A DNA stretch of 64,000 nucleotides from an uncultured Acidobacteriota bacterium (GTDB taxonomy: Bacteria; Acidobacteriota; Vicinamibacteria; Fen-336), in NCBI GenBank assembly GCA_963720545.1, contig OY970399.1, positions 1,344,001-1,408,000 on the forward strand, read 5' to 3'. Positions 48,901 through 56,731 of this stretch are shown here, piece after piece. Numbering within the stretch: position 1 is the stretch's first letter; each line of letters opens with the position of its first letter. The notes beneath the pieces were generated by a model. It was not told the origin of the DNA and did not search any database. It was given only the letters and a program-made list of their open reading frames with translations. Both the position numbers and the translations under genes were made by a program.

Positions 48901-49034
48901 TCGAGAAGAAGCGCGGACGCGCGATGCTGGAGGGGCCGCCCGCCTACGTCGATCCGGCCGGGTATGCCGCTTACGTGGCGGCCAGGCGGGCCGATTTCGC
49001 GAAGGCGCTCAGCGAATCGTCCGGCCGTCCATGA
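45936..49034 (+). CDS. Fusion of a multi-TM GT-C-like membrane glycosyltransferase and a subclass B3 metallo-beta-lactamase-like domain
   Basis: GDEPHY followed by many TM segments; Pro/Thr linker; P.RIVGPIYYVGT, SQAHFDH, TPGHTPG, YPGIADD, DIFLTAH; no stop between the parts. Confidence 0.8.
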   Translation: MSFRITIRGTTGALRPPSQQQRFAVAAVAIAAAASLCTASYHLVPTSAGIWRGMVNPPGGAQLALAVILGVIFSLGFLGLPWRCSRLVRVGFVAALPLVPLLTGWGRVLLFFQGPVLLIIVAAAIGMMLVRRRQRNEYAPAPFELFAIGFVLFLALGLRLPGAAGPQGDEPHYLLMARSLVADHDLDLANDFAQRRYAPFYGGVLEAHTSPRSPKGRIYAVHAPGLPVLLAPGYAAAGYFGARVLIALLAAATAALTYRLCAEVLADRGPALALWLALVCTAPFALYATSIYPEMPAAFATAVFLLTSRKDPGPRALAAVAACAALLPWIHPKFLPLAAAGLLFTVARRGPRAWRRAAVAAFALSLALLAFFFRSHYGSPWPSAAYGPGYGGDVSLLRAPLGLLGFLFDRQHGLLFLSPVWLLAIPGVPLLARERLGDALRAGLFAAASLLVGASFSMWWGGACPPGRFVVPALPALALFVGAVAVRRHEVTAALCGVGAAILALAAWAPRALHNRGDGESALLRFLAPALDLDSRLPSLILANGAGILLLLCLVGVLTLAWRYTRYGSLAGVAGYAAVATLVAGTPILDGRGATQQLLSLWWQPRLTVGTTPPPALRDLSLPLDLPDAPWVLAKGDERHSRRFELPAGVYRLEADLRRETGEAATLRAQFFAGDAVLAAGNWKTGAGSTHVTAALDATVEEGARRLQVSVAAIDGRSRIAALRLIPLALAASADATAGNLDAAMKPPTMPAASPSASPTPTPTPKSMVEEWRTPTTPARIVGPIYYVGTRDLGVYLFTTPAGHILLDGAVPGAAPDILRSIRTLGFKPEDVRFLLISQAHFDHVGTLAALKKATGATVMVMSGDEGLVRDGGASDYLFARDPAMRFEPVAVERVLRDGETVSLGNIALRALRTPGHTPGTTTWTTSVRDRGRRYSVVFPGSTSINPGTRLGAAPSYPGIADDLRHSFEVLAGLKPDIFLTAHAAAFDFEKKRGRAMLEGPPAYVDPAGYAAYVAARRADFAKALSESSGRP

Positions 49035-50787
49035 CGATGGTGTCGACCGCATCGGTGCGCGGCACGAGCGACACCGAGGCGAGGTCGGCCGACGACTCGC
49101 CGCCGCCGCGGCCGAGCGTCACGAACACGTCGTCGCCCTGAGCGTACTCGAACGGCTGGCGCACCAGGAACTCGCCAGCCATCGGCCATGCCGTGTAACG
49201 CGGCGGGCCGCTGCGAAAGCTCGAGACGCCGACGTAGAGGATGCCGCGGCCGCGGCCTGCGACCCGCACCTCGAGGCGGCGCGCGGCGGTTGCGGGAAGC
49301 GCTCGCAGGAAGACCCCGTCCCAGCGCCCGCGCAGTTCGGCGTGCCCGCCCGCTATGCGCGCGCCGCGCTCGAGATGCGCATCCTTGAAGTTGTTCTCGG
49401 CGCCCGAGACCACCATGCTCCCGGCGGCGAACAGGAGGCGCGACCCCGACGGCGAACCGGGAACGAAGCGGTGCTCGGCAACCAGCACGCGCTGGTCGCG
49501 CACCATCGGCAGCGCCGCGATCAGGACGTGCTCCCGCAGGTGGAACGGGATGGGGCTGTCGCGAACGTTCCAGACCCACGAACGGTCGGCAGGCGCGCCG
49601 GCCCGCTGGTAGAGCCGCTCCCAGCGATAGTCGTATGCGAACGCCCCGAGGAGCTGCACGCCGATCGACACCGCTGCCGCGAGCGCGAACAGCGGCCGCG
49701 ACACGAACCGCCCTTCCGGCGTGAACAGGAACAAGAGCGGCAGCGCGTCGGTCAGGAGCCGCGGGCCGAAACTCTCGCCGCCATGCCATTCGCCCCAAAG
49801 CCCGATCACCAGGACGTGCACGGCGAGCGCCGCGCCAAGCGTGCCGGCGAGCCAGCGCTCGCCCGCGCGCCACGAACGGACCATGCCGACGAGGCCGAAG
49901 AGCGCCACCGGCGTGAAGACGAAAAGACCCTTCGCCGGCGAGAAGAGGAGCGCCAGGTGGCCGCGCCCGAAGGGCTCGGTGAAGCGCGACCCTCCGCCCG
50001 AGAAGGCATTGCGCCACGGCGAGCCGAAATACTCGAACTGATAGAGGGCCACGAGCAGCACCGGCGCGAGCCCCCAGAGGACCATGCCGAGGATGCGGCG
50101 CGGGTAGCGCACGGCAAGGCCGAGAAAAATCACCGCCACCATCGGCGCGGCGGCATGGCGGGCGGCGGCGCAGAGCGCGAGCGGCAGCGCGGCGCGCGCG
50201 ATCCAGGCGTCGTCTTCGCGCTGTTCGCCGCGCACGATGAAGACGAGTGCCAGCGACAGGCACGCGACCGCCGCCGGGTGCTGCCACAGCGCCTGGCTGG
50301 TGGCGAAGACCGTCGTGCCGAGCGCGAACACCAGCGCCGCGACCCGGCCGTCGGGCTCGGCGTGGCGCCTTGCGACCGCGCGATAGAGGAAGGCAGCGGC
50401 GAGCGCCGCGAACAGCGCCGCGGCCCACTTCCCCGCGAGCTGCGTGCCCGTGTCGTCGAGGACGAAGAAGAGTTTCGCCGCGGCGAACAAGGGCGCCGCC
50501 GCGACTGCGGTGAGCACCGGATAAACGGAGACCCGGTGCACACCCGCCGTCTTCGCGAACGGCTCGGTGACTGCCGGGTACTCGTCGAGGTCGAGATTGC
50601 CCGTGGTCACGAGACTCGCGGCCACATGCTCGCTGACGCGCGAATCGCCCGAGCCGATCGGCCGGCCGTTCGCCACCAGGATCACGAACACCGCAAGCGC
50701 CAGCAACAGCGTGGCGCGCAGGGACGGCTCGCGCGCGACAGAGCCGGCGATGATCGGCGCGTCGCCCTCGGGAGAGCGAACTCCCAA
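49009..50787 (-). CDS. Multi-TM membrane protein, GT-C-like (start uncertain, TTG 50787)
   Basis: GSGD...GNLDLDEY loop; SQALWQH, SPAKGLF.FTP, WHGGESFGPRLL; soluble C-terminal domain. Confidence 0.65.
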   Translation of the reverse strand: MGVRSPEGDAPIIAGSVAREPSLRATLLLALAVFVILVANGRPIGSGDSRVSEHVAASLVTTGNLDLDEYPAVTEPFAKTAGVHRVSVYPVLTAVAAAPLFAAAKLFFVLDDTGTQLAGKWAAALFAALAAAFLYRAVARRHAEPDGRVAALVFALGTTVFATSQALWQHPAAVACLSLALVFIVRGEQREDDAWIARAALPLALCAAARHAAAPMVAVIFLGLAVRYPRRILGMVLWGLAPVLLVALYQFEYFGSPWRNAFSGGGSRFTEPFGRGHLALLFSPAKGLFVFTPVALFGLVGMVRSWRAGERWLAGTLGAALAVHVLVIGLWGEWHGGESFGPRLLTDALPLLFLFTPEGRFVSRPLFALAAAVSIGVQLLGAFAYDYRWERLYQRAGAPADRSWVWNVRDSPIPFHLREHVLIAALPMVRDQRVLVAEHRFVPGSPSGSRLLFAAGSMVVSGAENNFKDAHLERGARIAGGHAELRGRWDGVFLRALPATAARRLEVRVAGRGRGILYVGVSSFRSGPPRYTAWPMAGEFLVRQPFEYAQGDDVFVTLGRGGGESSADLASVSLVPRTDAVDTIVMDGRTIR

Positions 50788-50789
50788 GC

Positions 50790-51926
50790 TCAGCGCCCGC
50801 GCGAAGAAGAAGACGCTGCCGAGGGCGACGGTGGCGGCGCTGAGGGCGCGGCGGGCGGCTGCGGGCTCGCGTCGGGGACCGGCGAGGTTTCGGGGGACGC
50901 CTCGGGCGAAGGCGAGGCGCCGCCGCCGCCGGCGCGCTGGTACAGGTTCACCGCCTTGTTGTGCTCGGCGAGCGTGCGGCTGAAGGCGTGCGTGCCGTCG
51001 TTGCGGCTCACGAAGTAGAGGTCCTCGCTGGGCGTCGGACGCAGCACGGCGCGAATCGCCTCGATCCCCGGCGCGCCGATCGGTCCGGGCGGCAGGCCCG
51101 GCCACTTGTAGGTGTTGTACGGCGAGTCGATCGCGAGGTCCTTCTTGCGGATGTTGCCGTCGAAGCGGCCGGCCTCGCGCAGCGCATAGATGATGGTGGG
51201 GTCGGTCTGCAACAGCATGCTCTTGCGCAGGCGGTTCAGGAACACCCCGGCGATGCGCGGCCGTTCGCTGCCGCGCGCCGTTTCCATCTCCACCAGCGAG
51301 GCCAGCGTGACGATCTGCCGCAGCGTCATCCCGCTCGCCGCGATCGCCTCGCGCTCGGGTGCGATCACCTCGCGGAAGCGCTGCACCATGCGCACGATCA
51401 GCGCCTTCTCGGGCGCGTCGATGTAGGTCGAGACCTGGTAGGTGTCGGGGAACAGGTAACCCTCGAGGTCGTGCGCCGCAGGGTCGAGGTCGGCGATTGC
51501 GGCGGGATCGCTAGCCAGGTCGAGGAAGGTGGTGGGCCGCAGGCCGGCGCCGTCGACGATTTCCGCCATCTCGCGCAACGTGCGTCCTTCGGGAAAGGTC
51601 ACGCCCTTGTTGGCCGTCTCGCCGCGCACCAGCATCTCGACGATGTCGGCGAGCGTCAGCGGGCCATCCACCGCATAGTCGCCCGCGCGCAGCCGGGTCC
51701 CCGTGCCCTGCAGGTAGACGAGGGCCCGGAACACCCACGGATAGCGCACCAGGCCGAGACCCTGCAGCTGCCGGCCGATGCTCTCGCCGGTGGCGCCCTG
51801 CGGCACGGTGAATGGCAGCGGCGGATCGCCCACGCGGCGCACCGGCAGGCGCGTCTCACGCAGCCAGAAGCCATAGGCCACGGCGGCGAGCGCAGCAAGG
51901 ATCGTGATGCGCCGCAGCCACTTCAC
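50790..51926 (-). CDS. mltG: Endolytic transglycosylase
   Basis: TFPEG, LEGYLFPDTY, LASLVEMET, VFLNRL...MLLQTDPT, SPYNTY..PGLPPGPI. Confidence 0.95.
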   Translation of the reverse strand: MKWLRRITILAALAAVAYGFWLRETRLPVRRVGDPPLPFTVPQGATGESIGRQLQGLGLVRYPWVFRALVYLQGTGTRLRAGDYAVDGPLTLADIVEMLVRGETANKGVTFPEGRTLREMAEIVDGAGLRPTTFLDLASDPAAIADLDPAAHDLEGYLFPDTYQVSTYIDAPEKALIVRMVQRFREVIAPEREAIAASGMTLRQIVTLASLVEMETARGSERPRIAGVFLNRLRKSMLLQTDPTIIYALREAGRFDGNIRKKDLAIDSPYNTYKWPGLPPGPIGAPGIEAIRAVLRPTPSEDLYFVSRNDGTHAFSRTLAEHNKAVNLYQRAGGGGASPSPEASPETSPVPDASPQPPAAPSAPPPSPSAASSSSRGR

Positions 51927-51936
51927 GCGAAGGGCC

Positions 51937-52383
51937 TCAGTCTTCGGGGGCCGGCGGCTCGGATTCGAGGAGCTTCCGGTAGTCCAGGTAGTTCTGCAGG
52001 ATGATGATGGCGGCGACCTTGTCCACCCGGCCGCCGCGGCGATCCTTGCGCGAGACACCCGCCTCGATGAGGGCCTCTTCGGCCACCACCGAGGTGAGCC
52101 GCTCGTCCCAGGGGATGACCGGCACCCGCACGTGGCGCTTCAGGGCCTCGATGAAGTTGAGGACCTTTTCAGCCTGGGTGCCGACGGCGCCGTTCAGGTG
52201 CTTCGGGAACCCCACCACCACCTGCTCGACTTCGTGCTCCACGACCAGCTTTGCCAGGGCCTGCAGGTCTTTCTTCGGGCCGACCCGTTCGTAGGTGGGA
52301 AGACCGCTGGCGAGCGTGCCGGTTTCGTCGGACATGGCGATGCCGATTCGCTTGTCGCCCACGTCCAGCCCCAGTTGCCGCAT
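51937..52383 (-). CDS. ruvX: RuvX/YqgF (pre-16S rRNA nuclease / Holliday-junction resolvase-like)
   Basis: LGLDVGDKRIGIAMSD, VVGFP, WDERLTS, DKVAAIIILQNYLD. Confidence 0.93.
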   Translation of the reverse strand: MRQLGLDVGDKRIGIAMSDETGTLASGLPTYERVGPKKDLQALAKLVVEHEVEQVVVGFPKHLNGAVGTQAEKVLNFIEALKRHVRVPVIPWDERLTSVVAEEALIEAGVSRKDRRGGRVDKVAAIIILQNYLDYRKLLESEPPAPED

Positions 52384-52425
52384 GTCGTTAACTGGCTGGA
52401 GTATAGCGCTTGATAAGATGGCGCC

Positions 52426-54501
52426 ATGAGCACCAGCTTCGCGCTTCGCGCCGCCCTCCTGCCCGCCCTGCTGGCCACTTTGGCCGGCTGTCAACCGAAG
52501 ACGCAGAAGCCGGAGCGCAAGGCCGCGCACAAGGTTTTCGTCATGGGTTTCGACGGCATGGATCCGAACCTGGCCCGCAAGTTCATGGACGAAGGCAAGT
52601 TGCCGAACCTCAAGAAACTGGCGGATGCCGGCACCTTCTCGAAGCTCGAGACCACACAGCCGTCCGAGTCCCCGGTGGCCTGGGCCAGCTTCGCGACCGG
52701 CGTCAACCCCGGCAAGCACAACATCTACGACTTCCTGGTGCGCAACCTGGACACGTACATGCCCGACCTCGCCGGCGTCGGCAAGGAGCCGCCGCGGTTC
52801 TTCTGGGGCATCCCGACGAAGGCCCCGCGGGTCTGGTCTACGCGCGGCGGGACGTCCTTCTGGGTGCACGCCGGTCTTGACGGTTTGCGCAGCACAGTGC
52901 TGACCGTGCCGATGACTTTCCCGCCCGAGGACATCGAGCACGGACGGATGCTGTCGGGCCTGCCGGCACCCGACGTGCGCGGCACCATCGGCACATTCAG
53001 CTACTGGGCGTCCGATGTCTCCTCGTTCGAGGAGGGCGCCAGCGAGTTCGGCGGCTGGACCAAGCGGCTCCTGTTCGAGAACGGAGTAGCGCACTCCTTC
53101 GTGCGCGGCCCGGAAAACCCGATCCTGCGCCAGGAAGAGACCGAACTGCGGGCGAAGCAGAAGGACGGCAAGCTATCCGAGAAGGACAGCGCGCGCCTCG
53201 AGGAGCTTGCCGGCACCAAGGACATCACGATCCCGCTGAACGTCACCTGGTCGGAGGGCAAGGGCGCCGCCGACATCGAGATCCAGGGCACCAAAATGAC
53301 GCTCAAGCCCGGCGAATGGAGCGCCTGGGTGCCGCTGTCCTTCTCGGCCAACTGGCTGGTGAAGATCAGGACGATGATGCAGTTCCTGGTGGTGCGCGCC
53401 GACAACGAGATCCAGATCTACGGCACGCCTGTGAATCTCGACCCGCGCAACCCGCCGACCCCGCTCTCGAAGCCGGACGGCTTCTCGAAGGAACTCGCAC
53501 AGGACGCCGGCCTGTTCCGCACCGTCGGCTGGGCCGAGCCAACCTGGCCGCTCAACGAGGGCCGCATCGACGAAGCCACGTTCATGAACGACTCGCAGCG
53601 CGCGTTCAAGGAGCGCGAGAACCTGATCTTCAGCCGGCTCAAGAAGGACGACTGGGACCTGTTCGTCGCCGTCATCGAGACGACCGACCGCGTCTCGCAC
53701 ATGATGTTCCGCCTCATCGACCCGAAGCACCCGATGTACGACGCCGAGCTGGCGGCCAGGCACGGCGACAGCATCGAGAAGGTGTACCGCTGGGCCGACG
53801 ACCTCGTGGGCCGCATCCAGCAGCAGCTACCGCCCGAGACCACGCTCTTCGTCATGTCCGACCACGGCTTCCATTCGTTCCGCCGCGGTGTCAACCTCAA
53901 CACTTGGCTGGCCCAGCACGGCTACCTGGTGTTCGAGGGCCAGCAGAGCGGCGAGAAGAAGACGCTTGCCGACCTGTTCGGCCACGGCAAGTTCTGGGAA
54001 GGCGTCGACTGGAGCCGCACGCGCGCCTACGCCGTGGGCCTCGGCCAGATCTACTTCAACCTGAAGGGCCGTGAGGCGCACGGCATCGTCTCCGCAGGGG
54101 CCGAGTACCAGGCGCTGCAGAACGAGATCGCGTCAGGCCTGCTGCCGGTCGTCGATCCCGAGTCGAACGGCCCGGTGTTCGGCGCCGTCTACAAGCGCGA
54201 CGACATCTACAAGGGCGACTACATCCAGAACGCGCCGGACGTGCAGGTGGGCTTCAACGACGGCTACCGCGTCGGCTGGCAGGACAGCCTCGGCCAGATC
54301 CAGCGCGAGGTGGTGGAGAACAACAACCGCAAGTGGAGCGGCGACCATTGCGCCACCGTCTCCGAAATCAGCGGCGGCGTCATCTTCTCGAACCGCAAGC
54401 TGAACCGCGAAAAGCCCCACATCATGGACCTGGCCTCAACCATCCTGAGCCTCCTCGGCGCCCCGGCGCCCCAGGACACAGACGGCTCCCCGCTGATGTA
54501 G
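52426..54501 (+). CDS. Alkaline phosphatase superfamily (type I phosphodiesterase/NPP-like) lipoprotein
   Basis: Lipobox LAGC; GFDGMD, ESPVAWASFATG.NPGKH.IYDF, TDRVSH, SDHGF, WSGDH. Confidence 0.88.
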   Translation: MSTSFALRAALLPALLATLAGCQPKTQKPERKAAHKVFVMGFDGMDPNLARKFMDEGKLPNLKKLADAGTFSKLETTQPSESPVAWASFATGVNPGKHNIYDFLVRNLDTYMPDLAGVGKEPPRFFWGIPTKAPRVWSTRGGTSFWVHAGLDGLRSTVLTVPMTFPPEDIEHGRMLSGLPAPDVRGTIGTFSYWASDVSSFEEGASEFGGWTKRLLFENGVAHSFVRGPENPILRQEETELRAKQKDGKLSEKDSARLEELAGTKDITIPLNVTWSEGKGAADIEIQGTKMTLKPGEWSAWVPLSFSANWLVKIRTMMQFLVVRADNEIQIYGTPVNLDPRNPPTPLSKPDGFSKELAQDAGLFRTVGWAEPTWPLNEGRIDEATFMNDSQRAFKERENLIFSRLKKDDWDLFVAVIETTDRVSHMMFRLIDPKHPMYDAELAARHGDSIEKVYRWADDLVGRIQQQLPPETTLFVMSDHGFHSFRRGVNLNTWLAQHGYLVFEGQQSGEKKTLADLFGHGKFWEGVDWSRTRAYAVGLGQIYFNLKGREAHGIVSAGAEYQALQNEIASGLLPVVDPESNGPVFGAVYKRDDIYKGDYIQNAPDVQVGFNDGYRVGWQDSLGQIQREVVENNNRKWSGDHCATVSEISGGVIFSNRKLNREKPHIMDLASTILSLLGAPAPQDTDGSPLM

Positions 54502-54504
54502 CGG

Positions 54505-56589
54505 TTACTCCACGAGGCCGCCCATGAGCGGATCGGTGATGCTGTCTTCGCCGCTTTCGATGTGGCCCGCGAGCTGGCGCTCGAAGGACCCGTCGTCGGC
54601 CGCGGTGATGACGAAGTCGTACCAGCCGTGGGTGAGCGACAGCGGCCAGTGGCGTGACGCAGACTCGCCTTCGGCCAGGATGACGCGCGCCTGCGTGTGC
54701 GCGTTGTTGTTGGCGATCCGGACGTCGGCCTGGCTGCGGGCGCGGTTCGTGATCTCGAGGGTGATGCCCTTGCCCGCGGCGCCGTAGGTGGCGCGGACTT
54801 CGAGCTCGGCGTGGCCTTCATTGGCGGGTCCGCCCTTGAAGCTGCGCAGGAAGCCGTTCGGCCCATGGACGGTGAGGTCGTACTCGCCGGTGTTCCAGTC
54901 GTCGCTCACGTGCTTGCGCCGCTCGACCGTGTAGGTGCGGGGCGCATCGGCGCCGGGCGTACGTACCTGGAAGACCGCCGCCTGGTCGCCGGTGTTGCGG
55001 AAGTTGAGGCGGAAAGAGCCGCTCGCGGCGACCGACCCGTTCACGTGCAGCTCGTACGGCAGGGCGCGCGCCCGCTTCACGCCGCGTTCCTGCCGCGGCA
55101 GGGACTGGTTCGTGGGCGGCACCGGCACCTCGTCGGGCTGGCGTTCGAGCACCTCGGGCTTGTCGTCCACGGTGCTCGGCAGCATCAGGCGGCGGAGCAG
55201 GTTGGGCTTCTTGAAGTCGAAGGCGTTCGTCAGGTCGCCGCTGACGGCGCGGCGCCAGGGGGTGATGTTGCTTTCGATGAGGTCCGGACGGCCCTTGGCG
55301 AAGCGCTCCTCGAGGAAGCGGATCAGCGAAGTGTGGTCGAAGAGCTGCGAGTCGACCCAGCCGCCGCGGCTCCACGGCGAAACCACGAGCATCGGCACGC
55401 GCATGCCGAAGCCGTAGGGCGCGCTGACGAAGTCGGTGTCGCCGGGAAAGATCTCGTTGGTCGTCGGCACGGTCGAGAGACCCTCGGCGCGCGACTGCGG
55501 CGGGGTCGGCGGCACCAGGTGGTCGAAGAAGCCGCCCTCTTCGTCATAAGTAATGAAGAGCGCCGTCTTGCTGAAGACATCGGGCGAGGCGGCCAGGATG
55601 TCGATGATCTGCGAGAGGTACCAGGCGCCGAAGTCGGGCTCCCAGTTGGGGTGCTCGGTGTACGCCTCGGGCGCCACGATCCACGATACCTTCGGCAGCT
55701 TTCCACTGCGCACGTCGTCGCGGAAGATGTCGAGGAGCTTCTCGGGGTCGCGATTCTCGGCGCTGATGAGGGTGCCGGTCTTGGCGCGATCGGCGAGCGG
55801 CGTGCCGGGCGCCGCGTTCTGGTACTGGTGGAAATAGAGCAGCGAGTTGTCGCCGTAGTTACCGATGAATGGGTCGCCGGTCCAACCCCAGAACCCCGCC
55901 GCGTCGAGGCCGACGCCCTGGTCCTGGTAGACCTTCCAGGAGATGCCGTTGCGCTGCAGACGCTCGGGATAGGTCGACCAATCGTAGCCGGCTTCCGCGT
56001 TAGTGATCACCGGGCCGCCGCCGTTGCCGTCGTTCCCCACCCAGCCGGTCCACATGTGGTAGCGGTTAGGGTCGGTCGGGCCCATCAGCGAGCAGTAGTA
56101 GTTGTCGCAGATGGTGAACGCATCGGCGAGCGCGTACTGGTAGGGCAGGTCGGCGCGCGTGTGGTGCGTCATCGTCTGCACGCCCTTGTTCGGCACGAAC
56201 TGGTCGTGCCGGCCCGCGTTCCACGCGGCGTGCGTGTCGTTCCAGCCGTGCGGCGGGTCGGGCAGGAAGGTGGCGCCGAGGTCTTCGACCGGCGGGCGGA
56301 ACGGCAGCAGGTAGTTGGCACCGTCGGGCTGGTGGAACGCCGAGAGCCCCGAGGGCAGGCGCACCACGCGCGGGTCGGCGAAGCCGCGGACGCCGCGCAT
56401 CGTGCCGAAGTAGTGGTCGAACGAGCGGTTCTCCTGCATGAAGATGACGACGTGGCCGACGTCGGCGATGGTGCCCGTGGGGCTGTGCGCGTCGATGTCG
56501 AGCGCGCGGCTGATGCTGCCGGGCAGCGCCGCGGCCACCGCCGGTGCGCCCATCAGCTTGAGGAATGTGCGGCGGTTGTTCTCGGTCAT
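54505..56589 (-). CDS. Phospholipase C, phosphocholine-specific (PlcN/PlcH family), Tat-exported
   Basis: NRRTFLK Tat motif; HVVIFMQENRSFDHYFG, GPTDPNR, YTEHP, YDEEGGFFDH, FDHTS; C-terminal DUF756-like repeats. Confidence 0.93.
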   Translation of the reverse strand: MTENNRRTFLKLMGAPAVAAALPGSISRALDIDAHSPTGTIADVGHVVIFMQENRSFDHYFGTMRGVRGFADPRVVRLPSGLSAFHQPDGANYLLPFRPPVEDLGATFLPDPPHGWNDTHAAWNAGRHDQFVPNKGVQTMTHHTRADLPYQYALADAFTICDNYYCSLMGPTDPNRYHMWTGWVGNDGNGGGPVITNAEAGYDWSTYPERLQRNGISWKVYQDQGVGLDAAGFWGWTGDPFIGNYGDNSLLYFHQYQNAAPGTPLADRAKTGTLISAENRDPEKLLDIFRDDVRSGKLPKVSWIVAPEAYTEHPNWEPDFGAWYLSQIIDILAASPDVFSKTALFITYDEEGGFFDHLVPPTPPQSRAEGLSTVPTTNEIFPGDTDFVSAPYGFGMRVPMLVVSPWSRGGWVDSQLFDHTSLIRFLEERFAKGRPDLIESNITPWRRAVSGDLTNAFDFKKPNLLRRLMLPSTVDDKPEVLERQPDEVPVPPTNQSLPRQERGVKRARALPYELHVNGSVAASGSFRLNFRNTGDQAAVFQVRTPGADAPRTYTVERRKHVSDDWNTGEYDLTVHGPNGFLRSFKGGPANEGHAELEVRATYGAAGKGITLEITNRARSQADVRIANNNAHTQARVILAEGESASRHWPLSLTHGWYDFVITAADDGSFERQLAGHIESGEDSITDPLMGGLVE

Positions 56590-56731
56590 TCGCGGCCTCG
56601 CTTCCTGCAGGAGTGTTGAAAAAGGAAATGCAGATTGCAGGCGAAGCTAGCGAGGCGGTGTTCGTTCGCTGTGAAGCCGCTGCGACAGCGAGGTAAAACT
56701 TCCAGCGCATCAACGCGACGCGCCGTTCAGT

